Shown here one piece after another: positions 53,070 through 64,000 of a DNA stretch of 64,000 nucleotides. Made by a program: the position numbers and the translations under genes. How positions within the stretch are numbered: position 1 is the stretch's first letter; every line of letters starts with the position of its first letter. This DNA is from Octopus bimaculoides (lineage: Eukaryota), in assembly GCF_001194135.2 (NCBI RefSeq), contig NC_068984.1, positions 56,707,740 to 56,771,739 on the forward strand, in the 5' to 3' direction. Below the pieces are notes generated by a model. The model was not told the origin of the DNA and did no database searches. It saw only the letters and a program-made list of their open reading frames with translations.

Positions 53070-53290
53070 CATTATCTTTTACTTGTTTCAGTCATTAAAC
53101 TGTGACCATGCTGGAGCAGCAGCTTGAAGAATTTTTAATCAAATGAATTAACCCCAGAATTGTTTTGTCTTTTAAGCCTTGTACTTATTCTATTGATCCC
53201 TTTTGCTGAACTGATAAGTTATGGGATGTAAACACACCAACACCAGTTGTCAAGCAATGGTGGAGGACAAACAAAGACACACACACACAT
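53070..53290 (-). mobile_element. SINE family A, 3' half
   Basis: TTTACTTGTTTCAGTCATT..CCATGCTGGAGCA..CTTGACAAC complement. Confidence 0.8.
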
Positions 53291-53339
53291 ATTTATGTGT
53301 GTGTGTGTGTGTGTACAACGGATATATAAGCATGTATAC

Positions 53340-53625
53340 ACACATATATGTACATACTTACATCTACATGTGTATATAGATGCATATTTGGGTTACAGGA
53401 CATTAGAAAAATGAACTACAGACAACGGAACGAACACATAGAAAAACAAGTAGCCACTTGGATTAATTCTTCATCAGCTGCCTTTATTCTAAACTAGGCA
53501 TTTCGAAGATAAGGCAGGACGCACTCTTAGAATTGTTTCTTCCTGAGTAGTGGATCAACCCACTAAACAGAGAATACCAAAGTAGCAAACACAAAACAAG
53601 ACAGGAAAAAATGGACAGTGAAAAC
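53340..53625 (-). mobile_element. Penelope-like pLTR relic, family P1
   Basis: Homologous to 9706-9910; replaces the outer part of the mariner left TIR. Confidence 0.55.
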
Positions 53626-53626
53626 A

Positions 53627-54867
53627 ACCCCATAAATAATGTGGTTTTTTCAATTGCATGAACTCAAAGTCGGAAGGGGGATGGGATAAACTACCTGCAT
53701 CAACTTGCTTTAAAAGCAGGTAGTAATTTTACCTTGTACTTATTCATAGTGCAAGTTTTGAAGTTCAGTTTTAACATTTATTTTTTCTAAGCAATAATGG
53801 AAGTGACAAAGGAGCATATTTGGCATATTTTGCATTATGAGTTCAATAAAGGTAGCAACGCAACTGAAAGTTCGAGGAATATTAATGCTGTATATGGGGG
53901 TCGGAAAATAAGCATAGGCTAGTGTCAATAATGGTTCCAGAAATTCCGGGCCTAAGACAAGCTTTGTTCTGGAAGATCTGTAGAGCTCGACGAAGATGTT
54001 CTGCAAACCCTGATGAAACAAAATCCCATTGTAACTGTTGAGGAACTAGCAGAGAAGCTTGGATTTGGTCATTCAACCATTCAACGATACTTGCATTCCA
54101 TCAGAAAAGTCATCAAATTGGGTCAATGGGTTCCTCAGACTTTCCGAGTCTAATCGTCCGCAGAGAGTGAATGTGCACTCTTCTTTACTGTTATGTCTCA
54201 TGAATGAACCTTTTTTGAACTGAATAGTGACTGGTGCCAAGAAATAGGTTCTCTATAAAGATGTCAAGTACCAAAGACAGTGGGTAGGGAAAGGAGAAAC
54301 ACCAGCACCCCAGGCTAAAGAAGGTCTTCACCTACTTAAAGTGTTGTTATCTGTTTGGTGGGATATGAAAGGTTTAGTCAACTTTGAACTTTTAAACCCA
54401 AGCCAAATGATAACAGATCTATTACGAGCAGCTTGAGTGGCTTAAATCAGCAGTAGAAGTAAAATGGCCATCTTTGGTTTCAAGATGAAAGGTGTTCTTC
54501 CATCAAGATAATGCTTGGTCACATACAGCTAGGATGACATTCGAAAGGCTGGAGCAGTTTAAATGGGAAACGATGCCCCACTCACCATATTTGCTGGGCA
54601 TTGATTATCATTTATTCTGCAGTCTTCGAAATCATTTGGACAGAAGAAATATGAATTCTGTAGACGAGGTGAGAATAGTACTGGAGGAGTATTTTTCATC
54701 ATGGTCAAGTGAATTTTGGAAGAAGCAGTCTTGCAGGTCTACTAGATAGATAGAAGAGCATTGTAGAAAATGAAAGGGAGTGTATTTTAGATTACAAAAG
54801 AACTTTGTTTATCTTAATTTTGAAGAATAAAAGCATAAAAAACTGCATTATTTATGGGATGGCCCAA
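53627..54867 (+). mobile_element. Near full-length decayed mariner transposon
   Basis: Right TIR AAAACTGCATTATTTATGGGATGGCCCAA followed by TA; left TIR core CCCATAAATAATGTGGTTTTT. ATG 53797 MEVTKEHIWHILHYEFNKGSNATES; WVPQ, HQDNAWSH and HSPYLLGIDYHLF are D,D34D-type motifs with a small deletion; many stops and frameshifts. Confidence 0.92.
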
Positions 54868-55344
54868 TATATATGTGTGTGTGACAGGCTTATGTGTATA
54901 TATTTTATTCTTAAACAAGATTAATATTGTTGACAGTGACTTTGAAGTTTTGGCTAGTCAAGCCATCTTCAAACTGTGATGCATTAGGAATGATTCATGA
55001 TAAACCAGAATATGCAATCATAAAAATGAAAATCATATAACTGAAGTAGACTGGATATAGCATGTATGCACCATGTTTACTTTTTATTAATTTACCTTAA
55101 ATAAAAGATGTATATTAGAGTATGATTTGTTATTTGCATTCATTTGCATGTCTTAGGCATGCACAGCATTCAGGAAACACAACTGATGCGCACATATACA
55201 GTTATTTAAAAAAATTCATTCTGCTAATATATCTTAATTGGAATTGTTACATATCTTGTGGAGTTGTTATGGGCATTGCAATCCAGTCTCTAGCTTAATT
55301 AAATCTTGTGATTTTCTTTATATTTTGTGTGCAAGTGTGGTGCA

Positions 55345-55845
55345 GATGCAGCTGTGTTGTCAGAAGTTGGCTTTCTAACCACATGGTTCCAGGTTCAGTC
55401 CCACTGCATGGCACCTTTGCATGGCACCTTGAGCAAATGTCTTCTACTATAGCCTTGGGCTGACCAAAACCTTGTGAGTGGATTTGGTAGATGGAAATTG
55501 AAAGAAGCCTGTTGTATATATGTGTGTGTTTGTCTTTGTGTCTGAGTTTGTACCCCACTGCTGCTTGACAACTGGTGATGGTTTGTTTATGGCCCCATAA
55601 CTTAGAGGTTTGGTAAAGAGACCAATAGAATAAGTACCAGGCTTAAAAGTAAGTACTGGGGTTTGATTTGTTCGACTAAAAATTCTTTAAGGCAGTGTCA
55701 AGCATGGAATATCAACAATCAAGCACTCGCACACAAGAGTAAAGTAAAAGTGGTTGGAGGCATTCTTATTATAAAACCCAGGATATCTTTCAAAGTAACT
55801 GTTCTAGTATAGCTGCTGTCTAATGACTGAAATAAGTAAAAGAAA
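55345..55845 (+). mobile_element. SINE family A carrying a 112-bp foreign insert in its tail
   Basis: Head, core and tail present; tail interrupted at 55691-55802. Confidence 0.85.
55691..55802 (-). repeat. Inverted copy of 48635-48746
   Basis: 111/112 identity by direct comparison. Confidence 0.95.
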
Positions 55846-58059
55846 TGATAAAAGAAGTGTATGTGCAAATGTGTGATCATTATAAATATGATATATTGCT
55901 CATAAAAGTAGTGTTTGGTTCTGTCCTTTATAGTATCGAAATAAATTTTTACTTGGGATAAGATAACACTCTTTTAATGATATTATTTCCCAGATTTTAG
56001 TGATTTTTTTCGATCTAAGATGAAATAAAGTATAGATAATTTAGTTATAATAAGAAGATATAAATTTAGTTGAAGGTTCCTTAATTCTTTTTCAAATTAC
56101 CATGATCTCATAGTAAAAGTATATTTTATAGATGTTTAAATTATGAAATTGACTGTTAATATTTCACAGGGCTGTGGGTTGACAAAATTGGAAAATTTTC
56201 AAAGTTACTTGCAGCCTTTAGTTATACTTCTTTTAATTCTAAGTTCAAATCCTGTTGTAGCCAACTTAGGCTTTCATCCAACAAGTATTTTACAAATGAA
56301 TGTATTGATAAAATCTATGACATTTAGATGATGTTTGTTTCTCAAGGGCTACCAATGTAAATTTGAAAATTTTACTCAACTGTGTTAAAAACAAGGAAGG
56401 CACACTGGACAAAATAGTTATAGGTATACAAAATGATGTATGGTTTTGGCTGGAATGACCTTGATTACATATATCTGCTTGATTGACCTAAAGCTAATCA
56501 ACTGCAGGGACCAGTTTAGCATTTTCTCACTCTTTTCAGTTAGTTTTAGAATTCGTGCTTTTGCTTCTTGATAATAATGTATCTGATTCCTCATTATTGG
56601 TATCAAGTTATTTAAAGATCCTACAAATGAGTTTGAGAACTAAACTTTCAGTTTGAAGATCAGAAAATTATTTTTCACAGCAATATATTTTTATTGCAAT
56701 ATATTCTTGTATTAGCAGAATTGTGTCATATAAAATACCTCGTGGCATTTACTTACATCTCTTTGCAGAACATTGGCCCCACCCAAACTTCTCTCTGCTC
56801 ATGTCTTTCTCACAGGTGTTTACTTACAGAGCTCAATAAACATTAAGGGCATCAGTCTCACTGGTTTAGGAGGGCCTATTTAGTGTTCAAATCCTGCCAA
56901 AATCAACCTTACATTTTATTATTCATGTACTTGGACCAGTTTACTCTATCTTCTCCTAAATGTGTGGCATTGTACTAATGTTAGAAATGAAAATATTTTA
57001 AAATTGAAACATGAAAAGTTTAATAGTAATTAATGTATTTTGAAAATTAATTGCATCATTAATTATCAGAAATCTAAAGAAAATCTTTATAATTCACTAT
57101 GTAAATGCATATAAGTTGTGAAATTCTTATTTTAGTTTTGTATATTTTCCATATATTTTTGATTTTATTCCACTTTGAATTATGAATTTATGTGTTAGAC
57201 ATATATAGAAACAGGCATGCACTAAAAACAGAAAATAGAAAAATAATTTTTTTTTTAGAATTTGCTGTTGTCTTGAATTATCAGGTTTATGCTTAAATAG
57301 TTTTGAGAAAATGTTATAATCTAAAGGTTTGAAAATGGGAGGAGAAAAATCAATATATGTATTTCTTCTTTAGAGATATTTGCATCTTATTTCCAAATAC
57401 ACTTTCATATCATGGGCCTTTAAAATTAGTGAATTAGTAGTATTTTCAAAGCTGCTAATAACTTTGGGGATATCAAAAAAGGAATCTCTTTACAATGTGT
57501 CTAGCAGCATATTCACACAGATACAAATAACCTTTATAAAATGCGAAATACTTATTTCTTAAAATCCCTACTTAATGTTTGTTTAAAAGCAGGATTATTG
57601 TTTGGTGTAGCTTACTATGACTATGTAATGATGCAGAATTTTTTCAAGTTCTTTCTTTCTTGTCTTCCAAAAAAGCTAGGAAGCATAGGATTTAATAAGA
57701 AGAAATGAGAACAGTAATATTTCATGTCTTTCCCAGGATCATTAGTTATAGAAGTTTAGTAAATTATTTACAGCTGTCAAATAATACTCAGCAACAGTAC
57801 CCCTCTTATAAATTTTACCCTAATATAATTTGATTAAAACTATTGCCCCCCCCTACTTCCTCAGTAGCCTTAGAGGATGAAGATGAAATATATTTTAGTT
57901 GGTAGCAGAAAGAAACACTATGAACAGATGTAAGACATAAAATTTAAAGGCACAAAGTGATTGACTGGCTTTCTCTCTTGTCTACAGAATATGTGTCTGC
58001 TTGCCTGCCTGCCTGCCTGCCTGCCTGTTTGTCTGTCAGTCAGTCAGTCAGGTCACTCT

Positions 58060-58270
58060 CAGTGCTACTAGTAATTTAAAACCCAGTACAATCTGTTGCA
58101 TGATTGGGCTGTTGACAACTAAACCAGCAACCTTATCCTTATCAAGCCTGCTTAGAAAGGAGGGTGGTTGTCATTGGATACCCTACAAGACAAAACCAAA
58201 ACCCATCAAGAGTTGACAGTGAGAGACCTTAGTCTGGGTTTAGATATCTCACTAGGAAGAAGAAAACTCT
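58060..58270 (+). repeat. Dispersed repeat family D, copy 2
   Basis: Homologous to 11465-11610; ends CTAGGAAGAAGAAAACTCTGA, like CTAGGAGAAGGAAATCTCTGA in the RTE 5' region near 12175. Confidence 0.5.
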
Positions 58271-60138
58271 GATGTGGCACCTGTGACTTCATTTGCATCA
58301 ATGATGAAAGCTAGCTCTTCTTTTTGGGCAAATGCATCCATTGTTTAGAGAATGAGATTGGTCCTGTGCAAGGTCTTTCTTCACTTTAAAAAGCTTCAGG
58401 CACTGGTATTTCTATTATGTGTTGCATACTGTAGCACTTTGTAGCTGAAAAAGGTAAAACAGTCAATGAAAAATTCCATGAGGGAATAAAGATATGTATC
58501 AACCAGTATGGATAATAATTTTCTGAACACCTGCTGCAAGAGGCACCCATTATTGCACCATCATTGTTCAATAGAATGTAGATTCCTACCAGTGCTGAAA
58601 AGCCATATCTGCTGCTTTAAAAGAACAATCAGGCAGTGGATGTCATGAAAACCAGAGGCAGCTATCATGTCAGTGTGTGTGTGTGTGTGTGTAAATTAAT
58701 TAATTAGTAGTGAAAACAAGCATAAATATATTTAGGTAAATAGTAATAATAAAAAGGCTTTTGTGGTAAATTTTCAAATGGATTGGTTTTTTTTTTCATT
58801 ATAGTTTTAATAAAATGTTTTATCTGGCAAGGTACCATTTTGTTGTTTATTTTATTAGAGAGGTTTATGTAAGACATTGAAATAAAGATTTCAACATTAT
58901 ATTTTATTTACCTTCAATTATCATTGAGTTTTTTTTTTAAATTGAGTAGAGAAATAAAAGCAAACAAAATACTTGAAGTGGAAGGTTTATTTGTTACAAA
59001 AAAAAAAAAAAGATAGAAATTGAAATCCTAAGACACTAACAACTGTGATGATATAAATTATTTTCAACTAATTTGTTTTGTATAAACCACTTTTACAAGT
59101 ATTAAATTTTTAAATACAAAAATAAGTATCTTTTTAAAAATAAAATAAAGCCTCATGCTTGTCTTAAGAGTAGTATATTTTTTTATGTATCTTTACCAGT
59201 TTACATATAAATGTTGATAATATTTTCATATAGTTTACACATTAACACAATGTGCTCCAGTTGACTTTACTGTTAAGGTAGCTAATTAAAAAACTTGGGA
59301 GAACCCCAACTGTATATCCCATGATTGACATTAAAGTTATGAAGCTTTATCTAGTTCAAATGTAGTGTATCTACGAATACACTATCCAGTGTTTCATGCC
59401 TTTTTTTTTAATTCTTAGATGGTAGCTTGTAGCATGAAGGGAAACTTGGCTGCTATTTCAAGTAGGCAGAGTGACCCCTATAGAAATCAAATGCTCAGTT
59501 TGTTTTGATTTTGTAGCATTCTGGAGATAAAGTGAAAAATTATTGCTGCACTTTAAATGGGAAGTTAAAACAAAAAAAAAAAAAAATCAAAAGTTTTTTT
59601 TTTTGTGTGGTAGGTGGTGGGTATTGCTGATCTTATTTTATGTATAAATGAATTATGAATAAAATGTTTTTCAAGATGCTCAAGCATTAGTGTAGATTTT
59701 CTTAAACCTTAAATTATATTTAAAAAATTCATGTACATCTAGATATTCCTTATGTCTTGCAGTGTACAGTTTGCGAAGTACTGCTATAGAGGCTGTCACA
59801 ACAATTACAGTTTATGTTGTATATATAATTAACCTTTTTTAAGATGAAAGAGTAACTGAGTTATTTGATATGAAGACATCCTGTGATATAAAATAGTGAT
59901 TTGTTCATATCATTGCTGGTCCAGTGTTGGGGGCTCCAGCAGTGAAATTTAACTCATTCAGTTTGTTATTAGATAATATGGGGAGTTCTGGTTCAGTATA
60001 AGTAGGAGCAGTATATAATAATTTGTATTTTACTACCTTATAACAGTGGGATCAAAATCATCTCATGACTCCTCGAAAATATCACCAATGGAGACAGTTA
60101 TCTATAATGATTACAAGAGTCTTATGTTACTGAATATT

Positions 60139-60177
<39 letters not shown>

Positions 60178-61429
60178 GAAGTGACTCATTCATCTTTTGA
60201 AATTTCTTTCTGAATAGTCTTCTAAATAATTCTGGTGCTCAAGCACTGTTGCCAGATTTTGTGCAGATTTCTTAAACTGGCACCATTTCTGCATTTTGGA
60301 ACCTGCCAATAAAGTATTGATTTTTTAACAACTAGAATACAATATAGATATACATTTAAAAAGATCAATTCATGGCCAGTGATATTTCTCCAAAAGTCTT
60401 CTGCTTTTGATGTTATTTTCTGAAGTTTATGTAAAATGGTTTAAACTAAGTTTGATGCCAATTAAGTCGATTGAACTTTTTCTAATTGAGTTATTCTATC
60501 CCATTTACAATGTTCTCTGATAAATGATAATCTTTGGCAAACTTCTAATCCTAATTTACTTTATTTCACTTAACAAGAAAATCTCTGTTTTAAACTGTCA
60601 TAGTACAACTGTCATTTAAATAAACTCTTTCACTCCAAATTTTATATATTTTTCTTATTTTAAAATGTTTTTATGTCAATTTTTTTAATATTCATATTCA
60701 GTAAAATATAACATATACTTTTTGTATTCCTCAAATTTAAATCTTGGATTGTGGAATTGTAATCTTTTTAAAGAATATTTAATATCTAGCTCCATAAACC
60801 AAACTATAATATAATGATTTTTAGGTAGCAGAGCACTCTTGGGTGGGGGCATTGCGAAAGTGTGACAAATATCAAGAAGGTGCTGGGTGTTTAGAGGGGA
60901 CATAATTTTTCTGAGAAGTAAGATATTTAAACCAGATGCAATACTTAAATTTTAGACACATTTTCAAAAGCAAAAGCAATATGTCTTTGTCAAGATTAGA
61001 ATATTAATTACATATTGTGATATCAGTGAGCAGAAAATGATGATATAACAAGGTTCAACATAATTTCATGTTGAGGTCCCTGTTGACAGGCCCCTAATAT
61101 TAAAAATAATGTGTTAACACTCATGGTATGCAAATTAGTAGCTCATTCTCTCTAGCTACTGGAATTGTGTATATAAACAGATTGGCTGCTTGTTTCTCTG
61201 GGATTGGTCAAATTGATAGAGACACTTTTAATGAGAACCCAATAAGTTTTGAAAATCAATTAAGGTTGTTCATCATTTTTTTCAATCTATGGAGAAATTA
61301 GCCCTGTTTATATATTTACTATACAGGTTACATATATTATATCATACCTTGATACTATGTGGACTGAAATTCCTATTGACATGTGCCTGATATTAAAAAT
61401 AAAGTATTGACACTTATGTTAATTAGTAG

Positions 61430-61778
61430 TTCCAGTTCTACCATGTAAGACTCCTCTTTGGTCATGAATGACTATGGGATTGCACCTAGAAAGTTCTCCT
61501 TCAAGGCACAAGTCTAGGCTAGGTTGTTTATGGAAGACCTGCAGCTGCCCATGCTTACCAGCCTCCTCTCTTCATGTCACTGATGTTATCCAAAGGAAAG
61601 CAAAGACTGATACAGCTTGGTACCAGTGATGTAACTCATTTCTACAGCTGAGTGAACTGGAGCAACGTGAAAGGAAGTATCTTGCTCAAAAACACAACAC
61701 ACAGCCCAGTCAAGGAATCAAACTCACTATCTCATAATTGTGAGCCTTACGCTCTAACCACTGAACCATGCAGCTTCA
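61430..61778 (-). mobile_element. tRNA-derived SINE family C, full length
   Basis: On -: CAGTGGTTAGAGCG..GAGTTTGATTCC head, then TTGAGCAAGATACT..CTCCAGTTCACTCAGCTGTAGAAATGAG central domain. Confidence 0.75.
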
Positions 61779-63335
61779 TAAGTTGATTGTATAAGTCCTT
61801 GCCTTCTTTAGTAATTTTCTTAAGATGTTAATACATGGGGCTTTAGTCCATGCAAATACATAAAAAAGAGGTACAGCTGTTTGATTAAAATAATTTTTAT
61901 GCTTGTACCAGTGTAGTAGCTCTTGAACACTATCTAATTCCTTTTATCTCCTGTTTCCTCTCAGCTCAGTTGTGCTGAGTCATTCGTGCAACCTCAATTT
62001 ACACATCCAGTAGATCATGCTCCCCTCATTTCTTCTCTGATTCCAGGGACCACATCTCACTACCATGCTCTTTGTAACCAATCATCATACAATCTGTAGA
62101 ATATATTTTTTATGTATTATTGTTATCTCATTGCTGTTATTTCACTATTTAAATTGAAAAACGTGTTTTTTTATGGTGAGCCAAGTGCCTTTAAGTCATT
62201 GACCAATGATATATAAAGGCAGGTAATCCTTCAGATGTATTTGCCAGTCATTGCTGCATTCAGACCAGAAGTGGTTATCAGGTTGATACTTTGATTTGCA
62301 TTTTGGATGATTCACTGTCCAACTTGAAAAACAAAAGGATGCCCTAATTACTCATAAATCTTTTTAATAACTGAAGGAACATAATGTCTTAAATAGCAAA
62401 AGAGAACAATATTTTGTCAGTTCATTGTATTATTTCAAAAGCTTGGTGATTGATAACAATTTAGTTGAAAATGTAAATGTGTAACCAGTAACTCAAACTC
62501 CTCTGATTCATGTCAATTTTTTTTTTAAAAAAGAAGCAATTCTTCAACATATTGGTTTTTAATAATTTCTTTCATTCAGTAAATATTTTATATTTTGATT
62601 TCCTCACTGTTTTTCTTTTGCTTGCCTTATTTTAAAATCTACTTTAAAAACCTAATTCTAATTTTTCTTTACTTTATTAGTATTTTTTATTTTATCAGTT
62701 CTTTAACTAAATATGGTAATGAAATGTAACAAACTTTTCTTTTAATATTTTACACCAAATTCCAAATTACATAGAACAGTTTACAATTTATTAAATTCTT
62801 GTTCCAGTGAAGCAGAAAAGAAAACCAACAAAAACAAAACAAAACATGCACAATATTAAATAAATCATAAGAAAAAGTCTTTGTTGTTTATCAAATATAT
62901 TTTTAGTTTTAACTTTTCATTTAAAATTATTTAATCTTTATCAATNNNNNNNNNNNNNNNNNNNNNNNNNNNNNNNNNNNNNNNNNNNNNNNNNNNNNNN
63001 NNNNNNNNNNNNNNNNNNNNNNNNNNNNNNNNNNNNNNNNNNNNNNNNNNNNNNNNNNNNNNNNNNNNNNNNNNNNNNNNNNNNNNNNNNNNNNNNNNNN
63101 NNNNNNNNNNNNNNNNNNNNNNNNNNNNNNNNNNNNNNNNNNNNNNNNNNNNNNNNNNNNNNNNNNNNNNNNNNNNNNNNNNNNNNNNNNNNNNNNNNNN
63201 NNNNNNNNNNNNNGGCACTTGTTTAAGTTATCCTTGATAAAAGCATTCAAGCCATGGCTATCCTGAATTTTTCAGCATAATGTTTTCTGGTTTGAGAGAA
63301 ATTTGACTGTAATTTCATTGTCAAAGCTGTTGAAG

Positions 63336-63361
63336 GAGTGTGTGTGTGTGTGTGTGTGTGA

Positions 63362-63408
<47 letters not shown>
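63336..63408. repeat. (GT)n(GA)n compound microsatellite
   Basis: Directly visible. Confidence 0.95.
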
Positions 63409-63410
<2 letters not shown>

Positions 63411-64000
63411 GCAAAGTCTAAATTTCATAAGTTTTTGAGAATAAATGAATTATGAATGATGTTAATATTATTATTAGTTGTCAGCTAATGAATTGGTCAA
63501 ATTTGTTAAAACATCAGACAAAATGCTTTGCAGTATTTGTTCAAGTTATTTACATTCTGAATTCAAATCTTGCCTAAGTCAACTTCAGGGTTCAATAAAC
63601 TCAAGCACCAATCAAATTCTGAGCTTGATATAATTGAGTTCCTCTTCCCCAAAATTCGAGGCTTTGTGCTGAATAAGAAATCAATATTATTTATTGTATT
63701 AAGGTTATACTGAGGGTAAGTGATATAATCAAAACAGTGGAACATCACACTAACTTATAACAAATAATCTATTTCAGTGTACAAAGACTGATAAAATATA
63801 TACTACTTATATGCTCAGATTTAGAAATATAAATGTAGGACCAATGGTGAATGTGTAAATAAATCACTTAATGGTGTACCTTGAAGCAAATGTGACTATA
63901 ATTACTAGCTTGTAAAACACTATGGATGAAAAAATGCAAAAACAAAATAAAGGCTACCTACAAAATATGAACCATGCATTTTTTAATGCTGGCACTCCAT

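Overview
AT-rich, repeat-dense eukaryotic scaffold with microsatellites and eight N-gaps. The SINE/RTE repeat content resembles a coleoid cephalopod (Octopus-like); this is inference. One host gene is evident: a + strand giant coding exon (open frame 23948-32179, strong phase-0 donor GGG|GTAAGT at 32104/32105). It encodes about 2,700 aa of low-complexity protein: a Ser/Thr/Cys-rich N-terminus, a basic Ser/Lys region with several SxIP-like motifs, then a long acidic region. I cannot assign a gene name. Upstream (20.67-23.95 kb) is a chain of overlapping stop-free frames that looks like a decaying extension of the same ORF, inside a CpG-retaining zone (about 15.3-25.3 kb). No downstream exon could be assigned confidently in 32-64 kb, so that part is probably one long intron. 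The rest is transposon debris: RTE LINE pieces, a CRE-clade RT fragment, an ORF1-like insertion with a 16-bp direct repeat, two hAT fragments, a decayed mariner, a mariner MITE, Penelope-like pLTR relics with hammerhead-like half motifs, and three tRNA-SINE families. Most notable: the giant exon with its broken upstream ORF chain, a 112-bp near-perfect inverted copy inserted into a SINE 7 kb from its donor, and the hammerhead-like relics. No CRISPR array, rRNA or true tRNA gene was seen.
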